A stretch of 63,710 nucleotides of DNA, counting the filler, from Dugesia japonica (lineage: Eukaryota), in assembly GCA_001938525.1 (NCBI GenBank). It is 5 parts of 5 records of this genome, joined end to end, with 100 filler letters (N's around TTAATTAATTAA, not from the genome) between each part and the next. Parts side by side here need not be neighbours in the genome. Positions count along the whole stretch, not along the records: positions 1 to 22,079 come from MQRL01598344.1; 4 more parts are not named here. One strand, given 5' to 3'. Of this stretch, positions 1 through 13,850 are shown piece after piece. Position numbers and translations under genes: made by a program. How positions within the stretch are numbered: position 1 is the stretch's first letter; each line of letters begins with the position of its first letter. Below the pieces are notes generated by a model. It worked only from the letters and a program-made list of their open reading frames with translations. It ran no database searches and was not told the origin of the DNA.

Positions 1-37
1 TAGTTAAATAGAAGTGATATTTAAAATGTGTATTGCA

Positions 38-912
38 CAGGGTTTTTGAAAAGTCTCTCCTTAATTTGTTTTTCTTATTACTTCCAAAATACAAAGATTT
101 ATAATTTTTTTTATACAGGAATTCAAACATAAGTTCAGTGTTTTCTAATCTTAGTTGTGGAATCACAGAAGTCTTTAAAGAATATATTATTTCCATTGTT
201 AAATTTTATTGGATTCATTCTGTAAAAATGAGAAATTGAAGTTAATAACAAAATTGATGATTTTATTTAAATTAAGAATATCGAATTGTCATTTATTTTT
301 ATATTGGAAAAACCAAATTTTCAAGACTGACAGTTAAAAAAAAGAAGAAAATTGTATTGTTGATGGCTAGATATCAAGCACTTATCCAAGTTCGTCAGAA
401 ATTAAAAACAAGTAGAAAAATCGAAAGAATTTTTAGTTCTATTACTAAAACGGAAGATACTGTTACAGAAGACATGGCTTCAACAATACACAGCTCCTGT
501 CTATTGGTTTGTAGATGTTCGGAAATTTCTTAATGAAAATTTTCCATCATGCAAGATTGGATGGGTTGGTTCTTTTGCAAGGGATGTACTTTCTCCAAAC
601 CTTGCTCCACCCAATATTTTCTTTTGGAGTTACCTGAAAAATGAAGTTTACAAGCTAAATTCTATCAATAAAGAACAACTAATGGAATTANNNNNNNNNN
701 NATGTTCTAAAATAATCTCACAATTGCTTCAAAATGTCGTGTTGGTTATTCAACACCGTTTGCAGCAGTGTATGAAAACGGATAGGAAATCCTCTAAACA
801 CTAAAAACTTTATTAAATACATTATAAAAATGATGTCTTTATTCCTCCTTAATTTTTGTTTTATGAGGGTAGTTGACGAATAAAATTAGGGAGAGACTTA
901 TAAAACACCCGA
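38..912 (+). mobile_element. Internally deleted Tc1/mariner-superfamily DNA transposon remnant
   Basis: Imperfect TIRs: CAGGGTTTTTGAAAAGTCTCTCCTTAATTT at 38 and the reverse complement of 881-911. Bases ~472-690 translate to TWLQQYTAPVYW..VRKFLNENFP..IGWVG...LSPNLAPPNIFFWSYLKNEVY, a decayed WFQQDGAP...SPDLTPLDFFLWGYLK motif set. Confidence 0.75.
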
Positions 913-1242
913 AAATACTAGAAATATGTGACTTATAATAAACATGATCTAATTGAGGCTGTATTATATATAATTTAAGTTTTAGAGGGTAATATGAATT
1001 GATTAGTTCGTATTATACTAAAAATAATAAATAAAGAATACAATACAATCGTAACATTATATTGTAAAATATATTTATTTAATAAGCGAATTGTAAAAAT
1101 ATAAAATTTAGGAATTCTTAATGAAATTCTTTAAATTCAATTATAATTACTTTAATTGAAATTTGTAAATAATTCCCTTATGATATTTTAATTGATTTTT
1201 TCAATTATGATTTTAAATTTTTATATAGATGTTTTATATTTT

Positions 1243-1243
<1 letters not shown>

Positions 1244-1305
<62 letters not shown>
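1244..1305. repeat. (AAT)n microsatellite running into an N gap
   Basis: Direct reading. Confidence 0.95.
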
Positions 1306-2224
1306 NNNNNNNNNNNNNNNNNNNNNNNNNNNNNNNNNNNNNNNNNNNNNNNNNNNNNNNNNNNNNNNNNNNNNNNNNNNNNNNNNNNNNNNNNNNNNNN
1401 NNNNNNNNNNNNNNNNNNNNNNNNNNNATTTTTCATTTCATTTTTATATTTGATTGCATTTTCTCATATGTATAAAAATAAATTTATTTACATTTTTATT
1501 TGAAATGCTCTTATTAATGAAAGGTTTTAAATAAAATATAGAAATTGTTTATTTGAATTCAAGAGAAAATAAATACACCCTAGCACATTCATAAATGTTT
1601 AATAAAATCATTTATCAAAGAATTTTAAAGGGAATCTATTTGAAGAAAATCTATAGACACATCAAAAAGATTTTGCCTATTATATTTTGACAATTAGAAA
1701 TGGGAATAAAATTTTTCTTTGGATGATGATTTTGCTATGTATATAGTAATTAATTTTACTGAATAATTCAACTTATTAGATGAATTATTTGAAAATAATA
1801 ACGCCTTCAAAATAATTCGTTTTTAATTCTAAACTATGAAATCTTTTTACCAATTAATTCTTTCGTTTAGTCATTTTGAGTATTATGACTTTTTGTAAAT
1901 ATCTCAAACGTTTCTATATAATCTTCAATAAAATGATTATTTTAATAAATAAATAATAATTTTTTATATTAAGTTGAATGTTTGTTTTTGAAATGCTCTT
2001 GGACAAGGGAAAACGAATGTCCAATGAAAGATAAGAAGTAATGAATCAAAATAGCAGCATAAAAATGTTTTATTAATAATATTTTTTGAAAGAATATTTA
2101 TCTCTTAATTGATATTGTTAACTTGATCAAACTCTGAATCAAAGTCCATAAATAATTTATTTAATCAAAACCTTCTCTTAACTGAAAATCAGAAAATTAA
2201 AACAAACATATTAAACATTAAAAT

Positions 2225-2665
2225 TATTTACAAAGTTTAAATGACTATATAGTTTCAATTATGCAATCTCAATAAAAAATCAATCAAATAATTTTAAGAG
2301 CAATGTTGTATCCGTCAACTGAACATTAATTTTAGGATTTAACGCCCTTATCAACAAAGCTTGACATATAACTTTCTCCCAATAATTATTAAATTCACTG
2401 CAGAAGATTTTAAAATCAGTAAACTCTATTGACTTTATATATTTTCTTCAATACTCAGCAATATTACTTTTTCCACTATTTTGACTTGGCTCTTGTACTC
2501 TGGATGCAGAGATGACGGGAAATCTCACCAATTTATGTGGTGTTTATTGATTATTTATTGAACTTACATAATTGAAATTATATAGTCATTTAAACTTTGT
2601 AAATAGTTTGTTTTAATATTCCTTAATTACCTTATGATGAGAGTTATTCCCTCGAAATCGAGTGC
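2225..2665 (-). mobile_element. Penelope-like element 3' remnant with an inverted pseudo-LTR copy
   Basis: Minus strand 2280-2360 reads LIRALNPKINVQLTDTTLLLKLFD*, resembling the GIY-YIG C-terminal I..KP.LN.Q....LKLF pattern. 2225-2283 is repeated inverted at 2547-2605. A decayed hammerhead-like core follows at 2634-2660. Confidence 0.5.
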
Positions 2666-4064
2666 AACAAATAAATATTTTAAAAAATGACGTTCTTTTA
2701 TTTTTGTGAAAAAGTTGCCAATGTTTTTTGAGGTATTAAATATTAATTGAATATCATTTATTTTAATTCCGATTTTCAATTTTAATGACTTTAAATAATG
2801 TTTCATAGATATAAAAAGTATAATATTTAAAACAATATGTTTAAGAATGATTACTTAATTTTTGACTCTACAATGGAATCCAAAAATGATATCAAAAGAG
2901 CGATAGACAGTTCAGAGTGATTTAATTAAACTCAGAAAATATATTTAAATAAGAAGCAAACTGAATTCTAAACAACAATATATAAAATAAACTAAAAATA
3001 AGAGCATTATAATATCGAGAAAAAGCATTAACTGTACTAGAATTAGCAAAATATGAGGAGAAAATAATAATGCGAAGTCAAGTTAATATCGGAATGAAAG
3101 TTAAATAAAGGAAGACAATTCCTAGGTATTCGGAGCAAATACAAACCTCTATATTAAAGTACAAAATGCAGCAATGTTATTAATAACACATAAAATAACC
3201 AAAGATACGCAGGTATACTAAGATAATTGAAATAATAATCAAGAAAAAATGAATATGAAAATAAAAGATTTATATTAAAATTTTCGTTTTAAAACGTTTT
3301 CCATGGTAGATACTTTGTGTTATATTTTCAGTAAGCATATTGTAATATTTTGTAAGCAAGTATGCATATTAGCAAAGCTAACCGAACAGTTAACATTGAA
3401 AAAGATAAGAGTACTGTTTGTACAATATGAAAGATATCTCAGCCGTAAAACAAACAGAATAAAAATTACAAAAGAATCAAAGATACAATGGCAAGTGATG
3501 ATGATGATGTAAAGAACACAAATCAAAGAAAAAGAGTATGTTCCTCAGTTTATGGGAGCTAGTCACCGGTTGTCCTCCAAAGACCAAACCTATGACTCGA
3601 CCCATAATTCCTATAGGTGCTAGTAAGTTGTTTCACTGAGATCCTTTACAACGAGATAAAAAAATGAATGAAAAAGACATTTAAAATTACAACAGCCATA
3701 GGTTTTCTGTCAAGAACATACGAAAAATAAGTTTGTAATAGTTCCGTCAAAAAAGAAATCCTACATTTTTGGAAGAAAAATTTCAAAATTGGCATACTAT
3801 TCAGGTTAATATAAAATATAGTTAGAAAAATACTTTGTATAAACTATATATAAAAATATTAAAAGAAAGTTTTCCAAGGGTTATTTCTCAATGTGTGAAA
3901 TTATAAATTATGCAATAATTTGAAACTAATTTGATTAATAAAATATTCTGCTACATAACTACAAGAAACCTTGTTTCCTGGAATTAATGGAAAATACACA
4001 TTTATGATTCATACATGTCAAGACAATTATATCAAACGATCACATTAGCCATCAGAAGTCTGAG

Positions 4065-4304
4065 TAGAGTTTGGTAAAGCCTTAGGTTTCGAGGCCCGAA
4101 CGGGTTCAGGCCCAAGCTCGGTGAGTTTATCGGGCTTGATAAGAAAAAAATGAAAATATTTTAAATGTTATTTGATAAATTGGCCACAAAATCTTGAATT
4201 TTAAGCCCGAAGCCCGACGGGCTTTGATCTCGGGAATTGGGTACCCGAAAAACCTAAAAATTCCTCTGGCTTCGGGCTGGAGCTCAAGCACGTTTCAAAC
4301 CCTA
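4065..4304. mobile_element. hAT-type MITE
   Basis: Termini TAGAGTTTG / CAAACCCTA. 8-bp TSD AGTCTGAG (4057-4064) vs ATTCTGAG (4305-4312). Repeated GCCCGA/TCGGGC subterminal motifs in a GC-rich island. Confidence 0.7.
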
Positions 4305-6311
4305 ATTCTGAGTGACTAAATCGAAATAAATAATAATAATAATAATAAATATTATTATAAATCAATAATATTATAATAATTACTTTGATAATATTTTTTC
4401 TAATAATACTGGTTTTCGTGACTTGAATTCTTATTTGAATTTTATAATTATCCTATCTAAAGCNNNNNNNNNNNNNTTATAAATGCTTATATGAAATTAA
4501 TGCTGAAATTAAAGCTTTCCTTTATTAAAATAGCAATAATAGAAGAAAATTAATAAAAATAAATAATAATTTAGACATACAAGTAATATTGAGTAAGCAC
4601 AGGTCTATAAATATTGCTTACATATATACAGACTGAAATAATTTTCCAAATAACATTTACAATTACATTTAAATTGGTGTTGAAACATTCTAGAATTTTC
4701 AAATTTAATTAAAATTTAGAATATAAACGAATTATTTTAAGGGTCGATTATAAACTTTTGGATGACTATTCAAGGGGTAAAATTAAAAAATTTATAAACT
4801 TATCTAAAATATGAAGAAAATTAAATATAAAATCAACGATTGTATCTCCACAACTATAACATTTACTATAAAAATCACCAAATCTATATTACTTCAATTT
4901 TAAACAGTCAAATTCAAAATAAAACTTAAAGCAAAAGTGCTACAATTTGCTTATATGATAATTTGAAATATTTTGAAATATTACTATTTTCTATGTTTAC
5001 TTGAGTTATTATTTTGCATCAAATAGATGTCATAATGTTTGTATGAGTTGTATTAAATGAAATTTGTTATTTACTGATAAAAAAGTGAATTTTCTAATAA
5101 TTCTACAGAGTTTTTCTTTTTAACCATCTCCATAAATACAAAACAATTGATCAATTTATAAATTATATCAATTAATCAGAATTTAAAAATATGTAACAAT
5201 ATCGAAAATCTATTATTAATTATTATTTATTAATATTAACACTAATTATTTTTTATTTAAATTGAAATAACAGAATTCAATTTAAAATAGCACTTTTTAA
5301 TGTTATTTTTTTATAGCATTTAAAGAACCAAAATACCACTAAAGGTATCAGCATCTTTATATACATTTATGTTTTTAGCACATGTCAAAATTAGTATTGA
5401 TGTAAATAACTTTTCTCATAATTACATTTAAATATTCATATTCATATTCATATTCATTTTCCATTTCAATTTCTATTTTCCATTATTGCATGAAATATTC
5501 GATAAAACTTTTCTAAAAGACTAATCAGTTTGTAAACTTATGCATTACAAGAAGTAAAAATTATAAAAATCCTAAAAATATTTTAAAATAATGTTATCAT
5601 ATTTGCTAGTCATAGAACTGTGTATTTCTAAAAATTTTAAAAAACTGTAAGCAATTTTTCTATCGGTTTTGTTCAATAAAAATTTAACAATCGCAAAACT
5701 TGATTTTCTATTAAATTCAAATTATAACAATAATAATAAATAATAAGAACTAATAATATAAGTTTTACAATTGCGAGAATAATTGTTAGACGTAACCATT
5801 GATCGTTTTACAGAATTCATTAAAATAATATAAAATTTGATTACTTATTTAAAATAATATTATATATTATTAGTATATAAAATTTTTGTTTAATAAAAAT
5901 TCTTGTATTGCATATAATTAAATTTATGAAGCATAGAATAGCCATATTTATTAAACATTACACTTCATTTATTTACTTAATAAAAGTTTAATGAAATCCA
6001 GAACACAATAAACTTTAATATGTTCATAAATTTTAATTTTCATCGTAAAAATACAAAAAATAATTTCCTTTAGAGAAATTAAAATTTTTTTCAAATTAAT
6101 AAGAAATTTGGAAATATAAAAATTGTCGGAAAATAATGCTGTGTTTATTTAAAATTGTTAAAAGAACTTTTTCATTGTTTAAGATNTAATATTTCTAGTT
6201 TTAAAAAATTTCGGCATTTTTACAATAAACTTTCGATTCTTAATCCTTTTTGTTTAAATAAACATACATATATTTCCATTTATACGAATTTTTTATATAA
6301 TTTTTTTATTA

Positions 6312-6315
<4 letters not shown>

Positions 6316-6350
<35 letters not shown>

Positions 6351-6400
6351 NNNNNNNNNNNNNNNNNNNNNNNNNNNNNNNNNNNNNNNNNNNNNNNNNN

Positions 6401-6468
<68 letters not shown>
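6316..6468. repeat. (ATT)n microsatellite with internal N gap
   Basis: Direct reading. Confidence 0.95.
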
Positions 6469-6471
<3 letters not shown>

Positions 6472-8471
6472 CGACTAAAATAGGCGAATAAAACTTTAAA
6501 CGTATTATGAAAATGTTTCTACTAAATAAACTGTAACTACAAAAATAACTCATTACTAATTTTCAGACGATATAATTAATTAAAATTATCCTGTTTAGTC
6601 TTTATTAAATAAATAAATTTATTTTACACATTTCAAACCTCATTGACGCTATTTTTATCTAACAAAGCTCTATTTGCCATTTTCCTAAAAAAATAAATTT
6701 GTAATTTCATTTAATAAATTAATTCTTATTTGTATTATTAAAAGTTTATTTTAGAAATCTTGGTATTTGATCTGATTTTATCAGAAATACATTCTTGAGT
6801 CTATATCATTACAGTTCATCAATATGTATACCTCAAGATATTACAAATAAAATTAGTAAACCCATGATTTTTTATTACACTGATTAATTTTTCCATATCT
6901 TTCTTACATGATTTTTAATATTATGGTTTCTCTTTTCAAGGAAAAATAAATTAATTACATAATTTATGTTGTAATTCTACGATTATTATTTTTTTTATAT
7001 ATATTTTGGTTAGAAATCATTAGTAACGCATTGCATTTCCCTGTATATTTGATTTTCAGTTATTGTTTCATAAAAATGAGATAAATTAATCGAAATATTT
7101 CAGTTAATTGATTTTTTTAATTATTGCATAAAAATAATTTAATTGATAAATGTTAAATAAATTTTTGTGTTTTACTATTCTTATAATCATTTATTTTTAT
7201 TGGATATTAGCATTAACTGTATCAATGATATATTAAAATATTGCTATTAGATTTTTCATTAACAAATTTGACTTTATTCGGAGACGTGTAATAAACATCT
7301 ATCACTGATCAATTATTTCCGTTGGACAATTTTGGGAAATGATTTAAACATTTAGTTATTTGAATTTTTTTTTATTTCTTTTTGAATTATTTTGTATATC
7401 CTGCTAAAAATGGTAAAATTTCATGTTCAATTCTGAATTATTTTTTTGTATTTTATTTTTATTTGTATATTAATTGTTAATATTTTTAAAATGATTCTTT
7501 TTATTATTGTAAAATAATTCTATAAAAGTGATTCTGAAATATATATTCAAACTTGAAAAACAAAGTAATTTAAAAAAATTATATTTTTAGTTATTTTTGA
7601 TAACAAAATGCTTACTACTTTCAGAATTTGCATTGCACAATACAGTAATTTATTAATATTATTATATTTAATAAATAAGAGCAATAAAAAGTATTATATA
7701 TTTTATAATTATTTAAAAAAAAATACGAATCTTGAATACCAAACGTTGAGTGTAAATTATTCATTACTCAGATCGCGTAACCCAGCTCATATAATGCATT
7801 CAAAATAATTTTTAAAATTCTAATGATAAATGATAGAAATGATGCATTTCTATAATCTATCATTTGAATTTTAGAAATGATTTTGAATTTACCCTTTGAA
7901 ATCTGCCTAAATAAATTTATTCAATGCAATTTTAATTTATTTTAATTTAATTTATTTATAATTGTTTAGTTAAATTTTATGCAATATTTTAAAGTTTCCA
8001 TAAAAATTTGATTCATGAAAGAGAGTAATTGAATTTTTAAAGTTTTAAAAATAAATTACATCATAATTAAAAAATCTTTTTACAATTATCAAATTTAAGA
8101 CATTCTAAAATTAAGCTGAATTTTAATTTTACTTTAAGTGTTGTTTTAAAAATAAATGTAAATTAACCTGAGGTGCACGCACCATCAGGGGTGCAAGGAA
8201 ACAAATTTTGGGATTCTAGAGGAATTTCTAAATATTGAATAAAAACTATATTTAGTAGAAGCTTGAAAAATTTAAATTTTAACTGTTGGAAAAAGTAGCA
8301 TTACAGACGCTTTTACCAATTGCAGCAACTTACTTGTACGAAACTAAAGCCTAAAATCAATTATTATAGAGGTGATGATTTACGTGTGACACTTTTAAAA
8401 AGATGCCTCTCTTTGAAAATGTTATTAAGAATATTTATGTTATTCAAATAACAAAGGTTTAATTTTATACA

Positions 8472-8507
<36 letters not shown>

Positions 8508-9269
8508 TCGCTACACTGGATTTAATTAGGCATTGGATAATATTATTTGATATCTATTTTTAATTACCTTGTTTTTTAAAAAAAAATATTATATATGATT
8601 AATTTTATAAATTTAGATCGGTTTTTTTAAAATAGTTTGTTGAAAAACATTTGAATATTTTAAGTTGACTAAATATTTATAAATATCTTCAAATGTGGAC
8701 TGTTTTAAAGAAAATATTTGTTACAAGTATATCATCACTTCTAGCATTCTGAATTTCAGTCAGCCGTGTAAGAACTGTTCTCAGTTATTATATCTGCTTG
8801 AATCATCTTCATTATTGTAATCATGCGTGTGGGAATTGTTCAGCTCAGTTAAATCTATCGTACTCAGTCTTTAAGAAGTTGTTTTGGCGGATATGAAGTT
8901 GTACGGAAATAATATAGACTAATATATTTTTTTTAATGTAGAATTCTTTTATGAATTATGATAAGTTCTTTAACTTAGTCTAATTAACTTTAATATTTTA
9001 GTTTTTAATGTTTTGTTCATACTTTAATAAATGAATTTGAAAATTATTAAATAATGAAATTACATGATTTATAAACAACAATTATATGGATTTAAACTTA
9101 TAACGTTAAGTTTTTATCAATTGTCAAATATTTATTTCAAACTCATAAATTATAAATTTAACAGGAATAAAACTAATTAAGTCAATATTTTAACTTTGTT
9201 TCATAAAGAAGTATTAATACATTTTAAATTTAAACAAAATGTGTGAATATTATTAATTAGTTGATGAAA

Positions 9270-10140
9270 CGATGTGACAATAGAGCACACATCAATCATC
9301 AATGTAATTCCTTTATTCTGAAGAACACGCTTTCAATGACAAGGTAGGTCATTGATGCATTTGCTGTAAAAGTTAGTTTATTTTCAAAAAAGATTCCAAC
9401 GACAGATTTAAATGTAACATTAGTTGTGAATGTATAACAATTCCAAAAGTTTGGCTAGGCCTTCAATAAATGATAATCTGTTGGTGCCAGATCTGGCGAG
9501 TAAAGTAGGTGATAGAAAACTTCCAGTTCTAACTTTAGAAGTTTTAGTCACATACGTGCGCAACGTGCTGTCAGGAATTCTCATGAAGAAGCATTATAAG
9601 ATTAATTTCTAGGCGATTTTGTGCAATAACATCTGCGACCCGCTATAATTGTTAGCAGTATAATTAGCATTCAAGGTTAAATTGCGTTCCAACATTTCAA
9701 AATAAATCACACTTTTAATAATCCCACCACATAGAAATCGTTATCTTCTTTTTATTCCGGTCGCCCTTTGACCGAGATAGTGTAGTTACATCCTTGTCTA
9801 AAAGGTTTCTTTAGAGTCTAATGTTCCCGAACAGTCATGCACCCAGTTTACTGATTTTCCAAATCTTCTTCAAAATGAAGGTGTGATTAACGTCAAACAT
9901 TTTAGTCAGTGTTATGTAACGTGTAGATTACTTTCAACACATGCGCATAAATGGCAACTATCTTGCCTTATTCTGAAGGTCAAAATCACCACTCTTAAAT
10001 TTCATAAACTAGTCGTATACCATACTATCACACATACTATCACACTAACCAATAGTGACTTTGCTAAAAGCTTTGTTATTACGACTTTGGAATTGACCAG
10101 CTTTAGACCGGATTTGAAATCATACATTAATATAATGCAT
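9270..10140 (-). mobile_element. Degenerate mariner (DD34D-type) transposase remnant
   Basis: Minus strand gives WWD..SVIYFEMLERNLTLNA, LLHENS*QHVA (HDNARPH) and YHLLYSPDLAPTDYHLL, with stops and frameshifts. Boundaries approximate. Confidence 0.75.
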
Positions 10141-10386
10141 TGATATTTTAGNGAAAGACTATTATTGGCTATTTTATTTATTGTGAAATATATAAGTTAT
10201 TTTAAAAAATATCGATATATCAATATACTTACTTATATACGTTAATAAACACCAAAAAAATAAATTTGTGCTGTAAATAAGTTTTGTACGGGAACTTTAT
10301 ATTCAAATCTATTTTTAAAGTGTCAATGGATCACAATATCGTATACATTCTTTGAACCCCTCATTCAGCTAATTGATTTTCTAGTT

Positions 10387-10687
10387 CAGTGATAACCAAG
10401 CTCTTATGTTGGTGGCATTCTTAGTTTATTAAAATCCTTTCACAGTGCCATAAATCAAACTTTTGATCTTTTTACTTTATGGGTTAATCATATCATATTA
10501 TTACTGCTGTATTATTCAAAAATTATGTAGTTTTTAGGTTAGTGTCACAGTTTGCGAACTTGAATTTTTATTATTCATTTAGATTTGCTACTTTTATAGA
10601 TGTTTAATATTGGAAAAATCTTGCAGCGCCCCTGTGACACAATTATGGCTCCCCTGGGTGCTGAGACGCACAGTTCGAGAACCAAAT
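10387..10687. mobile_element. hAT (Charlie-like) MITE, decayed
   Basis: Starts CAGTGATAACCAA and ends ...CACAGTTCGAGAACCAAAT. 8-bp TSD TTCTAGTT (10379-10386) vs TTCTAGTC (10688-10695) with a CTAG core. Confidence 0.55.
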
Positions 10688-12949
10688 TTCTAGTCAACTA
10701 GTTTAAAATGACTCGAATGCTTCAGTTCATCATTAAGTTTATTGAATTTATTATCTTAATTGAAAAATCATCAGTGGGCTAAAATTAAAATAATCCACTG
10801 AAAACATTCAATAAAGCAGAGCTTATATTTTTTTCCAAAACTTTTTGCGTTCCATTTTTAGATCATACATTCCTGGTGGATTAATTTAACTGATAAATAT
10901 TTCCTATTGAAGAAATGTAGCCTTTCTAACAAAGGACAATTTTAAGAACTATTAATAAATTATAATATATGTTACATAAATTCTCTTATTTAAGTTGATT
11001 TTCGTAATAATATCACTTATATTATATATTATATTAATACCAATACTATAATAATTTTATAATTTCATTTCTTTAAATGTTGCATTTGTTAACCAGGAAA
11101 ATTTATTTGTTTCCTTTGAATTTTTGTTAACTACTTAAAATGGAATGAGATCCTGAATAAGTCATTATTAACTTTGATCATTTCATTACTTTAAATTAAT
11201 ACAGTTAGGTTGACAAATCTTCTTGATAAGAAATTTCATTGTAATAGTATAATAATTTTATTACTGGAATAAAAATGGTTTTAACGATAGAGGGAAAGAC
11301 CAATATGTATAGTACTATTTTCCTAACAAAAAATCTTTAAACTTTTCTATGATGTTAAAAACGAAATGAAAAAATATGTTTGATGTTAAATAATCACTAG
11401 AATCATTATTTTAATGAAGGAAGAATAGTAGTTTATTTTGAAAATACATGAAGTTTGACGATCGAAATATTTACAGGTTTTAATGAGAAAACAATTAAAA
11501 TAAACTTTATAATACAATATCACTTGTAAATAACAGTTTACAAATAAAAATTTAAAATAATCAGTTAAACAAATTTACCTGTTTTAGTAATTCAATAATT
11601 AAAAGTTTTAACNNNNNNNNNNNNNNNNNNNNNNNNNNNNNNNNNNNNNNNNNNNNNNNNNNNNNNNNNNNNNNNNNNNNNNNNNNNNTATAAATTATAA
11701 ATATTAAGCATTGAATCATTATTGCACTAAAATACATCTATGTAAATAATTAAAAAAAATTCAACAAATAATAATATATGGTAATTAAATTTTAAATTAA
11801 TTATTATAATTATTATAAATAATTATAAATTATAAATAATTGTAAATTATAAATTATACATAACTTTAAGCACATAATTATTTGAGAATAAAGTAACAAA
11901 ATACAAATGAATGTATTAATAAACTAATTAATGAATTGATAAAAGTATTTTAATTAACTAAATAAATTTAATTAGGATATTTATTAAATAAAACATTTCT
12001 ACAATGATTAATTTGGGTTTTTGAAGAAATAAAAGTTTACAACGATAAATAATTATTTCTGTGAGTATTAATGTATAGACTAGTTGCAACAAACAATCAT
12101 AAATCTGATAAATTAAACTGATTGTCCATAATTTGGAAGATGCCGAAATAAAGAAATAAATAATTTTTTCATGTAAAATGGCAATATATAGGAAATATGC
12201 GTAGAGAAAAAACATTTCATATTTTAAACTTTTACGTTTATTACGTTTTTATTAATTTCTATTTTTTAAATTTGATCTCAAATTTTTAATGTATTTCGAA
12301 ATCTTATGGAAATATTTAAAATGCTTTTAATACATTGTAATACATAGCAGTATATTTTATATGTATCACTGAATCACTATGCAAATTATCGACAAGGTCC
12401 ATGGACAAATATTACTAATTTTTCTAAATTAAAGTACAAAAATGAAAACTTCAAAAAATAAGAAATTTAAAGTGAATGCAAATAATAAACATAAAAAAAA
12501 CTAATCAAATTTAAAAATTTATGAAGAATATTTCATTAAAATTTTCTCTTTTTGAAGATTTTCTGACATTTGTATCCTACGTTTACATATAAAGTCTACA
12601 ATAATTTTTTATTTCTTTTCAGTCTGAACATTCAAAATTTATATTCAGAGTAACTTGATTATTCCAACAGACATACTTGTTCATTATAATTTACATATTG
12701 GAAAATTAGGCGGTTACATCAAAAGTATTTCCTGCAAAGATTCTTCTTAAAATTTTCAAGTGTTCATATATATATATATATCCTTCAGTGATTTTTGTAT
12801 TGAAATCTGATTGGCCACAGCATAACAGCACTGTTTTCTAATTGTTAAAATCAAAATATAACATAATATAATATTTTGAGGAAATAAAATAGTGGGAAAT
12901 TTTGTAAAAAATATGTTTTCTGTATATAAAAATTTTAATTCATGAAATA

Positions 12950-12981
<32 letters not shown>

Positions 12982-13156
12982 TATGGGCCACAATAATTCA
13001 CTCAATAAACTGGACAACTATTCAAATGACTTTTAAGTCTTCTATGAGAATTGAATAAGACCAATTTAAACAAAATGTTTTTCATTAATTTTAGATACAA
13101 ATATTTAAATATGGTTATATTTTAAATATTCCATAGGTTTTTTTAAAAAATATTAT

Positions 13157-13199
13157 TTTTCCTGAAGAAGACATCTTATATGTCGAATGTTTTGTGAAC
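13157..13199 (+). ncRNA. Degenerate minimal hammerhead ribozyme motif
   Basis: CTGAAGA-A-GACAT(CTTAT)ATGTC-GAAT: stem II intact, GAAA box mutated, stem I weak. Confidence 0.45.
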
Positions 13200-13353
13200 T
13201 AACCTTCATTAACATGGTATTTTGATTTCAATATAATACCAATATAGAATCTTTCAATACAATAAATAAATTTAATTTATTTCTTTTGTTTTANAATTAC
13301 AATTATTGTGAGAATAATTGTTGGACATAACCATTGATCGTTTTATAGAATTC

Positions 13354-13471
13354 ATTTAATATAAAAGCTTTGATCAAAATTTTGGTTTTTCTATTGATAT
13401 TGGATAATAATTCGATATTATCCAATATCAATAGAAAAACCCAAATTTTGATCAAAGCTTTTATATTAAAT
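13354..13471. repeat. Near-perfect 118-bp palindrome (about 55-bp arms, 8-nt loop)
   Basis: 13354-13408 is the reverse complement of 13417-13471 with about one mismatch. Confidence 0.9.
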
Positions 13472-13850
13472 AAATTTATTTCTTTTAATTATAATTTCTT
13501 CGAATTTTATATTGATCTCTGTCTTAAAAATATAATTTAACTCGATTCGTTTTAATTAACTCAATATTACTGTCTTCTCTGCTTATTATTATTTTTGTAC
13601 TGCAAATATATATAGATTATGTTTTTTCTTTTTTATTTCCCAAGTTAATTCCCAATAATTTTACATGATCTTTTAATGTAAATATCGAACTTTCTTTTAT
13701 GTTTGAAGTGTTTCCAAAGTGTCTTTTTGACTGTTTTGAATTTTTCTTTTAAAAACATTGAATTTTGTTATTGTGCATTCAAATTTGTCTGTCTTATAGA
13801 ATAAATAGTCTAATCTTATTCAGAAAATCATGTTTTTATTAAGTAACCAT

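Noticed and set aside
1192-1503. Poly-N/I/L/Y ORFs here, at 6155-6553, and other N-spanning ORFs
   Set aside because: They are translations of microsatellites and gaps.
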